A stretch of 64,000 nucleotides of DNA. It comes from Eledone cirrhosa (lineage: Eukaryota). The stretch lies in the NCBI GenBank assembly GCA_964016885.1, contig CAXHJY010000307.1, forward strand, positions 62,001-126,000, read 5' to 3'. Shown here one piece after another: positions 12,594-22,876 of this stretch. The position numbers and the translations under genes are program-made. The notes under the pieces are model-generated. The model ran no database searches, was not told the DNA's origin, and saw only the letters and a program-made list of their open reading frames with translations. Within the stretch, counting starts at the first letter, position 1; each line of letters opens with the position of its first letter.

Positions 12594-13802
12594 TATTGGA
12601 AGATGATTCTATTAGTAGAAATGGGGGAGGGAGTTGTGTGTATATGGGTGTTATGTGTGTGTGTGCGAGTATGTTAAGATGGAGAGAATATATATTTTGT
12701 GTGTGTGTATATATATATGTGTGTAGGAAAGTGGTTCTATTAGTAGAAATGGGGAGGGAGTTGTGGGTGTGGGGGTTGCTATGTGTGTGTATGGGTGTTA
12801 TGTGTGTGGGAGTATGGTTAGCATGTTAAGATGAAGAGAATATATATATATATATATATTGTGTGTGTGTGTGTGTAGGAAAGTGATTCCTTTAGTAGGA
12901 ATATTTTTGAATGAACATATTTTCCTTACTTATTCGTGTTTGCTGTTGTATTGCCAGTGCAAACGTATGTTAAGGTTTATTTAGTTCGGGTTTTTATTTT
13001 CTAAAGTAGAAGGTGTTATGTGTGTGTATGTCATATTATGGTGTTGACATAATGTATATTAAACCTTATTTAATGTTGGTCTATATTTTTGAATAAACAT
13101 ATTTTCCTTATTTATTCGCATTTATTCTGTTGTATTGTTAGCGCAAAGGTAAAATGGAAAGACTTGGAATTTGGGTGTCTTATTACTTGCGCAAATGTCT
13201 AGATGTGCACTTAGTGGTATCTGTCTCGTGGTTGGATCTCGTAATTGTTGGCGATGAACTGTCATTCTGTTTCTGAGTGTGAGTTTAGTTTGTCCTATAT
13301 AATCTTCATTGCATCCTTTACATTTAATGGCATAAAATAGATTTTTTGATGAGCAAGTGAAGTGATTTTTTACAGTAAAATTTTGTCCTGATTTAAATGT
13401 ATACGTGTTGCCTTCAATGAGGTGAGTGCAGGTTCCACGATTAGAGCGACCACATTTTTTGATACTTGGTTGTGGGTTTGTGGTAGGTAATTTGGCATTG
13501 GTGAGTAATGTTTTCAGTGATTTTGGTTGTCTTTTGCTTTTGATTATTTTGTGTGTTTCAAGGGCTTTTTTCATTCTTGGGTTTTGTTTTAGTAGTGGGA
13601 TGTTATTGTGAATAGTGTTGAATTTCTTGGGTTGTGTGTTGAGATATATGATAGAATATTGGACGTACCTTGAATTTGTTTCTGTTTCCGTAATTCATCA
13701 ATGCCTATTGCTTTAGCCCTTTCTATTCCATTATTTATTAGTAATAGTGGGTACTCTCTCTCGAGTAGAATTTCCTTTAATTCTTGAAGTCTTTTATTTC
13801 GC
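11513..13802 (-). mobile_element. 5'-truncated Penelope-like element: linker + GIY-YIG endonuclease + internally duplicated 3' region/pLTR
   Basis: CGRSNRGTC...FTCSSKNLFYAIKCKGCNEDYIGQT..LRNRMTVHRQQ; flanked by (TA)n; hammerhead motif near the 3' end. Confidence 0.85.
11653..11690 (-). ncRNA. Minimal type I hammerhead ribozyme motif, U3-A8 core variant
   Basis: CCUU-UUGAAAA-GCAG(aagaa)CUGC-GAAA-CCGG-UA/AAGG: stems I and II pair; palindromic ACCGGU stem III typical of Penelope HHRs. Confidence 0.7.
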
Positions 13803-14361
13803 GTACACATATATATATATACACATATATATACACACATATATATATGTGTATATATATATATGTGTGTGCATTTATATATCATCATCATCATCATCGT
13901 TTACCGTCCATGTTCCACGCTTGCATGGGTTTGGACGGGAGTTTTCCAACTTGAGGCAAGAGTGGTTGACTTGCTCGCATAGGACTGTCTGGCAGGTTTT
14001 CTACGGCTGGATGCCCTTCCTAACACCAACCACATTTACAGTGTGGGACTGGGAGGTTTTTACCGTGTTACCTACACGGCCACATTACAGCGTGGCCTGT
14101 GTGTTTTTTTGTCGTGACACCTACACGACCTCATTTGTTTCGGACTGGATGTTGTGGTACCAACATAACCTTACATTGAAAGGGGTGGGGGTAGTGGGAC
14201 GGGGGTGTATTTTTGTTAGAGGTGCCTACTGACTGTAGTAGGTTTCACTTTGTACTTATATATATATATATATAGTAATAATAATAAATTTGAAGACTAA
14301 AATCCAAAGAGGGCTCGATAAGGATAAATATATATCAAATATATAAGGACCGTAGAGCAAA

Positions 14362-14497
14362 TATTTATTAAAATAACAGATTAAAATTTAAGCAAAGAAT
14401 CGCTGCTTTCACCCTTAACGGGATCTTCTGAAAGATCCCTTTAAGGGTGAAAGCAGCGATTCTTTGCTTAAACTTTAATCTGTTATTTTAATAAATA
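14362..14497. repeat. Palindrome, 66-bp arms, 4-nt loop, 2 mismatches
   Basis: tatttatta...cccttaacgggatctt-ctga-aagatccctttaaggg...taataaata. Confidence 0.9.
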
Positions 14498-15451
14498 AAT
14501 AAAAAAAAAATATATATATATATATATACACACACACAAGGTGAAGGCACATGGCCTAGTAGTTAGAGCATTGGTCTTGCAACCAAAAAGTTGTGAGTTC
14601 AATTCTCAGACTGGGTGATGTGTTGTTTCCTTGAGCAAGACACTTTATTTCACATTGCTCCAGTTTACTCAGCTGTAGAAATGAGATAGGACTGGGGTCC
14701 CTACCATGCTACTGCAAAGTGGTCGTGGAGGTGTCATGGCAAAAAAGCACCCAGCCCATACTGTAAAGTGGACGTGTAGGCACCACAGACAAAAAGCACC
14801 CAGCACTAATTGTAAATGAGGGTTGGTGTTAGGAAGGGCATCCAGCTGTAGAAATCAAGCCAGAATCAGTTACCGTATGAGCAAGACAAGGTCAGCCGAT
14901 ACTGCCCACAACAGGAAGAACGGAGGTAAAACAGTGATGATGATGTGTGTATATATATATAACCATCCCACCATTGCAAGCAGGGTATATATACATGCAG
15001 TTGTACAGAAGACCAGACTGATATTGCATACAAACCTACTCAGTAGCACCATAATCCAATGTACACCCAACCCCACACACCCTACCCCATCCTCCGGTTC
15101 CCATTCCACTGTGTCGATGACACAACAGTCCGCACTGTAAGGTGGTCGTGTAGGAGATCAGGTAAAAAGGCTCCCAGTCCACACTGTAAATGTGGTTGGT
15201 GTTAGGAAGGGCATCCAGCTGTGAAAAACCTGCCAGAGACACTTCCGTACGAACAAGACACGGTCTCCCGACCATTCCCGCATCAAATGGAACAAAACCG
15301 TCTAACCCATGCTAGCGTGGAAGATGGACATTAAACGATGATGGTGATGATATATATATATGTGTGTGTGTGTGTGCATATATATGTGTGTGTGTGTGTG
15401 CATATATATATATATGTGTGTGTGTATGTATATATATATATATATATATAT

Positions 15452-17870
15452 TTAAGTATGGATCATCAGCTCGGTTTAAAAGCTGATTTCCGTTTGAGGT
15501 GAAACAAATTGTTCACAGAAATGGTGTATTAATGGTGCATTTATTTAAGAAAAAGGAATAGGCAGGATGTTAGGGAGGTAAGTCTTTAGAGAACAGAGAA
15601 ATTTGAGATATGGGTAGTTTAGAAATAGAAGTAAAATAGTCTCTTATGGGTGACTTTAGGGGTCATTGTTCATTCTAGTTTTAGTTTAGTCCGAAGTTTA
15701 GACCATTTAGTAGAGGTTAGAATTTGTTAATGAAGTATGTTTACTTATTAGTGCGTTAGATGAAAGAAGCGTTGTCTATGAATTTGTAAATGGGGAAAAT
15801 TCTAAACTTTGGTAGTTAGTCAGGTGCACAGTTGGCGATATGTTCACTAAAAGCAATCTTTCTGTATTCCTGTATTTTGATTTGTGATCTTTGGATGGTC
15901 ATACGTTGTCGGAGGCTGCTTTTTGTCTGTCCTGTGTAGTGTTCTTGACAACCTGAGCAGGTCAAAACATAGATTAGGTTTTCAGATGCACATGTAAAGT
16001 TGTATTTAACTGTGAAATGTTGTCCTTGTTTAAACTGGAATGATGAACTTCTATTAGATTTATGCATATGCCACAGTTAGGCCTTTCGCATTTTTTTACT
16101 GTAGGGTTCATTGTGAAGGTTGGCTGGATTTTGACTTGTGTGTGGATTTTTTTTATGGATTTAGGTTGTCTTTTGCTCTTTATGATGTGTGTGTTTGGAG
16201 GATTTTATTCATTCTTGGCTCTCTTTTTAGTAAAGGAATGTTCTGGAGGATGGTGTTGAATGCCTCATTGTTGAGGGGTGGTGTGTGGAGATGTATGGTA
16301 GAGTTTTCTGTTTTGGTTCATTCCTTGGTTTGATTCCTGGATGTTGAGTTTTAGGGCACGTTGGAATCCATTGTTGATTAGGGAAGGTGGGTAATTTCTG
16401 CTAAGAGTGTTCTTTAATTCTTCTAGTCATGTGTAGCATGTGTATTTATCAGAAACTATTGTACAGATCCTTTGGGTTAGGTTATAAGGAATTGCCATTT
16501 TGGTATGGCGAGGGTGGCACGAGTTAAAGGGAAGATATTGTTTGGAGTCTGTGGGTTTATAGTATATGTCTGTTTCTATTTTGTTATTTTTCTTGATGAG
16601 GATGTCAAGGAAAGGGAGTTGTTCATGGCTGTATTCCATTGTAAATTGAATGTTTGTGTTGAGTCCATTTAGAAGTGTTTTAAACTCAATAAGTCTTTCT
16701 ATACTTTCATGCCAGAGGATGAAGCAGTCATCCAGATATCTCTTCCAGTTTTTTTCTATGTTTAAGTAGAAGGGGTTTCCGTATTTGTCTAGAACTTTTC
16801 GGTAGAGAGTGGTTTCCAAATATCTCATGACAACGTTGGCTTATGAGGGGGCAGTCCCTGATTTCTGTCTGTAGTATTTGGCATTGAATTCGAAGTAGTT
16901 ATTCTCCAAGATAAATTTGAGACCCTCCATCACAAATTCTTTAGGGATGCGCTGTGGAAGTTCATTAGGGTAATTTTCAAGCCAGAATTGGATTGCCTCT
17001 ATACCTAGGTTGTGTGGGATATTGGAATAAAATTGATTACATCAAAGGATTCTAGTAGGGTATGTTCATTATTAAGTGTTATTGGGAGGTGGTTGAGCAT
17101 ATCCAAGTCGTCCCTTATGTAGCTTTTAATGTGTTTCAGGAATGGTTTAAGCAGGATATCTAGGAAGTTGCTTAGGCGGTGGGTTTCACAAATGGTACCT
17201 GATATTATGGGTCTTAATTTGAGGTATTTAGGAGGGGGGATATTGATGAAAATGTCTGTGGCTTCCTTGCAGGTCCTGCCTATTTCTTCGCTTTTGTGTA
17301 TCTTTGGGATACCGTAGAAAAGGCTGTGTCTGCTTTTGAAGTTAGTGATGTAGATATATGTAAGACCTTCTTTGTAAAGGGTTGTTAGAGATTTTAGCTT
17401 TCTCATTATTTTCTGTTGGCTGTAGTGTTGAGCCTTTTCGTAGTATGCTTCGTTTTCTAGAGTTCAGAGTACTAAGGTTGTGTAGTAATCTGTCTTCATA
17501 AGGACTACTGCACTCCTTTTATCTTCCTTTATTTCGGCGTAGTTTGGGTGTTGGGGAGTCAGTGTAAATTTCAGACCTTTGGGGAGTATGTTGATTTGGT
17601 CTGTTGTTAATTCTTTAGGAGTTAAATTAACGATTTTTATTTCATTTAGTATCTCCTGTATGTTTTGTGTTATCTCGTTACCCTGTGTCTGTGTGCTATG
17701 TCTAAAAAATGACTACGGAAGTTGTGGTGGATGTTGAAGTTTGGTTGTCTCTTATGGTTGTATTGACCCCTGCTGTTGTTGTTATAGGGTGTGTAGCTGT
17801 GGTGGTTGTTGTGTGGTGTTTGGGTGGTGATTGGGTTTTCTTGTTATTTTGGTTTTAATATGTTCTTTTT
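15452..17870 (-). mobile_element. Near full-length degenerate Penelope-like element (RT + GIY-YIG)
   Basis: FYGIPKIHK, LRPIIS, SFDVIN, RYLDDCFILW, QLPFLDIL, YYKPTDSKQYL..SCHP, FTCASENLIYVLTCSGCQEHYTGQT; frameshifted. Confidence 0.92.
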
Positions 17871-17999
17871 GCATTAATTTTAACTCTTCTTATTAATAAC
17901 TGCATTGTTTCTTTCCAGGAACAATGTTGAAAAATAAACCTAATTTAGTCATTCTATGAGTATCTTGGTCAGCCTATGAACTTTTCAGCTAACCCTCAT
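17871..17999. mobile_element. Mariner-type MITE half overlapping the TPR-TIR stop codon
   Basis: Highly similar to the right half of the complete element at 34005-34204; TIR tatgaacttttcagctaaccctc. Confidence 0.75.
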
Positions 18000-20145
18000 T
18001 GGTTAAAAAATTTAGAATATTTTCAATATCATCTATGCATCCACTTTTGCATTTCACTTGAGGAAATATTTTCAAATGTTGTGGCATGTCCATGTTTTCA
18101 TAGTTATTTATAATAAATAGTTGTCCAAATTCTTGTTGTCGTTCTGCCATGGCTTGTTTGGCATATTTTGTATGTTTTAAATACTCTTCTGACATATTAT
18201 TGGACTTTTCTAAAAGGATACCAATATTGCAACTGTTTAACAATATTCTGTGAAGATTTTCATTTTTAAGTTTTCCCAATATATAGTCTTCGTTACCAAA
18301 TGTAGTTCTCAAACCAAAATATTTTTCCAGATTATTTCCAATACTATTAGCCAGTTCTTCACTATTTGGGGATGTTACAATATAGATATCATAAAGAAAA
18401 TTTATTATGTTGTCATTATTTGAATGTTCTGGCATTAATTCATTACTGGATTCTGACTTATAGCAATGATACAGATCATAACACTTTCTGAAGTACATTT
18501 TACTAAATTTAATTTGTTTGGAAAGGAAATGCTTAGCTAAATTCATATAAATTTCTTTCTTGAGCTTTATGTGAATTTCATGAGGCTTATCTGTTAACTT
18601 CAGATACATATTAGCTTTAACATATTCCTTGTTTTTACAGAACTTTTTTATCTTCCGTGAAAATTCACTCTTTTCACATTTCTGGAGAAGTTTATCATAA
18701 AGTTCTCCATCAGGCAGTTGTTCTACTGACTGAATTATTTCCAAAAGATGACTATTATATTCCTGACAGCCATTTTCATATATATTAGTCATCATTTTCT
18801 TTATTTGCCAAATGTCTTTCAGCCTCTCTTGGAAAGGAAGAAATTCTATAGCAGCATTAACAGCCGTAAGAAACATATCTGCTCCGTCAACTTTTAATTC
18901 TTCTTTTATCTCGTCATTGTTTTCTTCATCTGCTTGTAAATAATATAATTTACCCAACACAATGTAAAATTTAACAAAATCTACTTCATTATCTGGTTTA
19001 TATTTTTCCGAGTACTTCATAGCATTTTTATATTCTTTCAGAGATATATATAATAATAACAAATCATAAACAACAGCTGAATTTGCGGGACCAATTTTAA
19101 GAGATTGTTCATAATGATATTCAGCTTTGTCAATAAATGTATCTCTTTTAAACACCAGGAAGTCTTCAGGACATTTAAGTAAGCGTCCAATCAAATTTTC
19201 TTCATTTGAGAAATTTGGCTTTTTTTTGAAATAAGAATTTGGATTTGATTTTTTTATATACAATAAGCCAAGATGATGATGGGAATATGACGTTTCATTA
19301 ATTTCAATTGCTTTTTGAAACAATTTTTGTGATATTTCAAAGTTATGATTAATTCTATAAAATTCAGCAGTTTTTTCCAAAACAAAACGATCATTAGATG
19401 AAATATGAAGAGCTTGCTGAAAGTAGGGTTTGGGTTGAGAGGATTTTTCATGAAATAGCCATCTTGTCATTTTAAACAAACCCAACAGTGTTAATGTTCG
19501 TGCCATTAGAGTTTTGTTAACATTGTGGGGGTAAGCCTGTCGTATTTTCTCTAAGCACTGGAATGCCTCTTTAGTATTTTTAATTTTTTCGTCTTTATCA
19601 AGTGATTTTTTATCCATGCGATAGTGTAACAAAGCTATTGAAAAAAGGTTTTTATATTTGTTTGGACAAACATCAGAAATCTCTTTCAAAATTTTAAGAG
19701 CAATATTATAACTCTTAAATGATGATGACCTACTTAAACAGTAACAAACATTACTTTTACCTTCAGCTTCTAACTTTGCAAAATCCTTTCTTTTCTGAAG
19801 TTTCTCAAGATGATCCAAAACCTCAGTTAGTTTATTTATATTTTCATTGTACAAATGAATGAATGCTAGATTAGTTAATGCCACTAAATTGTCTGGATTT
19901 TTCTTTTGAACTTCAGTGGCTAATTCTTCAGCTGCAGTTTGTTTCTTTGTTTCCCACATAAGAAATACTTTGAGATTTATCAAATAAGTCTCATCTGCTG
20001 AATCCAATATGTCAGAATTTGATGAATTTTCAATTTTTTGGTAAAGGGCCAACCAAGAATCTTTATTGAAATCAAATGTATAACTCATTATATTTGGAAA
20101 AATTATAATTCTTTCCCGGTACAATTGTAGTGCACTTTCAATATC
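17989..20145 (-). CDS. TPR-TIR protein (IFIT/TTC22-like TPR array + C-terminal TIR), copy B, large exon 2 (718 aa)
   Basis: 2.2-kb open frame in AT-rich DNA. TPR helices (NPDNLVALTNLAFIHLY; AEFYRINHNFEISQKLFQKAIEI; YSHHHLGLLY; AEYHYEQSLKIGPAN). TIR box pattern YDIYIVTS...LANSIGNNLEKYFGLRTTFGNEDYILGKLKNENLHRILLNSCNIGILL. Polypyrimidine acceptor at 20146-20147. Confidence 0.9.
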   Translation of the reverse strand, partial: DIESALQLYRERIIIFPNIMSYTFDFNKDSWLALYQKIENSSNSDILDSADETYLINLKVFLMWETKKQTAAEELATEVQKKNPDNLVALTNLAFIHLYNENINKLTEVLDHLEKLQKRKDFAKLEAEGKSNVCYCLSRSSSFKSYNIALKILKEISDVCPNKYKNLFSIALLHYRMDKKSLDKDEKIKNTKEAFQCLEKIRQAYPHNVNKTLMARTLTLLGLFKMTRWLFHEKSSQPKPYFQQALHISSNDRFVLEKTAEFYRINHNFEISQKLFQKAIEINETSYSHHHLGLLYIKKSNPNSYFKKKPNFSNEENLIGRLLKCPEDFLVFKRDTFIDKAEYHYEQSLKIGPANSAVVYDLLLLYISLKEYKNAMKYSEKYKPDNEVDFVKFYIVLGKLYYLQADEENNDEIKEELKVDGADMFLTAVNAAIEFLPFQERLKDIWQIKKMMTNIYENGCQEYNSHLLEIIQSVEQLPDGELYDKLLQKCEKSEFSRKIKKFCKNKEYVKANMYLKLTDKPHEIHIKLKKEIYMNLAKHFLSKQIKFSKMYFRKCYDLYHCYKSESSNELMPEHSNNDNIINFLYDIYIVTSPNSEELANSIGNNLEKYFGLRTTFGNEDYILGKLKNENLHRILLNSCNIGILLEKSNNMSEEYLKHTKYAKQAMAERQQEFGQLFIINNYENMDMPQHLKIFPQVKCKSGCIDDIENILNFLTNEG

Positions 20146-21733
20146 CTGAGTGAAAAATAGAAAGTGTATTAGATATATCATTATTTTTATCAATCTCATA
20201 AAATATATTTATCAGATATGATTTTGTTTATTAATTGAAACAAGGTTAAACCCTTTTTGTATCTGATAGAGCTGATGTACTCTGGGGACCAAAATAATAG
20301 GGGGGGGGGGGTGAATAAGCAGAGGAGCTGGAATAAATGGGGTTGTTGAAAAAACAAAGGGGGAGCTGGAAATCAGTAATTTTTCTAGGTTGTCTCCATT
20401 GATTTTTTTTTAAAAACTAGAATTAGTCGTTTAGTTTACATATTGAGACCACCCCAACTCATCCTATTTATTTCATGACATACGAGATTTCTAGTAATGT
20501 AGTTTTTTGTCATGTATAATTTAGCTGGAATTAGATTAACAGAATTTAATAAGCATGGGGGTGGGGTGGAAAAATTTGAAAAATTAATAAGTGGGTGTGT
20601 GCGGGGGGTGGCATTATTCGAGACCCGAGAGTTGTTGATGCTCTTTTTAGACTTCTACAATTTCATGTCAAAGTGGGAAGAAATGGAGTGCTAGACAGTG
20701 CAAGTTTTGGGATAGAAGGATTGGTTAGAATGTTAAGTACTATCTAACATGTATGTTGGTGTGTATGTGATTATTTCTAATAATGTATATGTGTGTGATG
20801 ACTACTATATTACTCTATATATGTGTGTGTGTGTTTTTAGATCCTTGACAAGGTCTTGGTTGGCAAATTTGAACTCATTCCATGATCTTCGCCACTCTTC
20901 CTTCAGATCAAAGTTAATCTTTAACAGATATTTTTTTGTCCAAATAAGGATAATGGAAATTTTTTAGGCAAGCCAACATGTTCGCAGCATTACCACGAGT
21001 GATGGCAAGGCTAAGGCGCTGAAACAACAAACTTTAATTCAGACAGTATTTATAGGATTTTGCTAAATATTCTTACCCCAGCACATTAGCCACAAAATAG
21101 ACTGATAGACAAAGAATACCGAAAATAAAATACGGTAAATTTATAGAAATATATCTTCACCGATTTTCGTGGAAAATAATTATTTTTTAATCGTGTGCTA
21201 TCAATTAAACTTACCTCCTAATATGGCGCAAAGGAGTTTTTGCCCAGTGAAAAGGGCCGAGGGGATAATCCTCAAACGTTTCACCCCGCCGTCCCGGAGT
21301 TTTCTTTACCATTTTTTTCCCCTTCCTTTTTCTGAGTGCTACCTCCTAACATGCTTGCAAAAGAAGGAAAATGGAGGGACACACACGGCATTGTTCCCAC
21401 ACCCTCCTGGTGTTTTCTTTATACCCTAATCCTAACCCTAACTCAAACCCCTATTCTAACCTAATCCCAATTCTAACTCAGGGGCTTTACAGCATGTTTG
21501 GAGGTAATATTAGTTGGTAGCACACGGAAAAAAAGGGGGGGGGGAGTTGAACGAGACTTCCCGGGGAAAAGTCCTTTGTACCATATTAGGAATTAAGTTT
21601 AATTGATAGCACACGATGAAACAAAACAAAACAAAAAAACACTCACACAGAAAATAAATTATTTCCCGCTGAAATCAGTGAAGTCATTTTTCTATAATAC
21701 AACTTAAAATACTGTATGTATTCGGATACTTAC

Positions 21734-21787
21734 GAGAAATACTAATTCTTGTAATTTTCTGGCGATGTTCTCTGTTTCTTTCTCCAT
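21734..21787 (-). CDS. TPR-TIR protein copy B, short coding exon 1 (MEKETENIARKLQELVFL)
   Basis: ATG at 21787, 54 nt, gtaagt donor at 21733; phase 0 splices in frame to DIESALQ at 20145, giving 736 aa. Confidence 0.75.
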
Positions 21788-22876
21788 GTTTTTGGTATTA
21801 ATAAAATAAGGAAATAAAAACACAGCTCGTGGCAACAAAAACTTCTGTCTGTCTTGCTTTCTTCTTACACACTTTTATTCTTTTCTAAGACATAGAAATG
21901 TATAGAAAAGATATATAGTAACTTAAAATACGATCGAAATCTGTGTTTTATAAAAGTTTGAAGTAGAAAATAACAACAGTGTAGTAATACTTATGTATCT
22001 TTTTATAAGTGTCTCTTATCTGAAATTAAACGAACATTAAATTGAGAGAAAAATGCCAACTACCTTAAATCAATCTATGTAAAGACGGAAGTGAAAATAC
22101 GTTTTCCGGATAATGGGTGGGATACTAAGTTTTAAAATGTCTCCTAGCTACTTTCATTTTATTGTTTTGCTAGTTTCAATTACTAGATTGTGGCCATGCT
22201 GGGGTACCGATTTAAAGCGATATAGTCGATCATTTAAAATCCTCTCCCAAGTTACCCCCCTGAAAATTCGCATTATGAGATTGTTGTTGTTGTTATACTC
22301 TTTTACCTGTTCCAGCCATCTGGCTGAGGCCATGCTGGGGCACCGCCCTTAAATAAGTATCATTTTAATTATATTCAGTTTTCATCGCCAATATACTTTC
22401 TTGACAGCTTCAAATAAAACCAGAAAGTTGCAACTTTAATAAAGATGAAAAAAAATAATAATACAAAACAAAATAATTGTTTCTACTTTAGGCACAAGGC
22501 CAGCAATTACCCAGTGCATTACTGGTACTTTATTTTATCGACCCGGTAAGGATGAAAGGCAAAGTCAACCTCGGCGGGATTTGAACTCAGATCGTAAAGG
22601 GACGTAACTATGCTGGAAAGCATGGCGTCCGACCCTCTACCGATACTGCCAATCCACCAAAATAATTAAGACTTGTTTGATTCACAGAATTCACAAAGAA
22701 AAGGCACGCCTTCTTACCTTTACGAACATCTGACTATGTTAATGCCCACATTTTCTTACTATTTCTAGTGATACTGCTATTGATAAATAATTACGACAAT
22801 AAAATGGGAAGAGTAATTCTTCTCTCGCTGTTTCTTTATTCTGTGTTTATGGTTTATGTTAATTGTTATATAAATA

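Noticed and set aside
20146-20199. ORF-track start MRLIKIMIYLIHFLFFTQ as N-terminus or signal peptide
   Set aside because: It is the intron's polypyrimidine tract and acceptor; a phase-matched ATG exon exists at 21787-21734.
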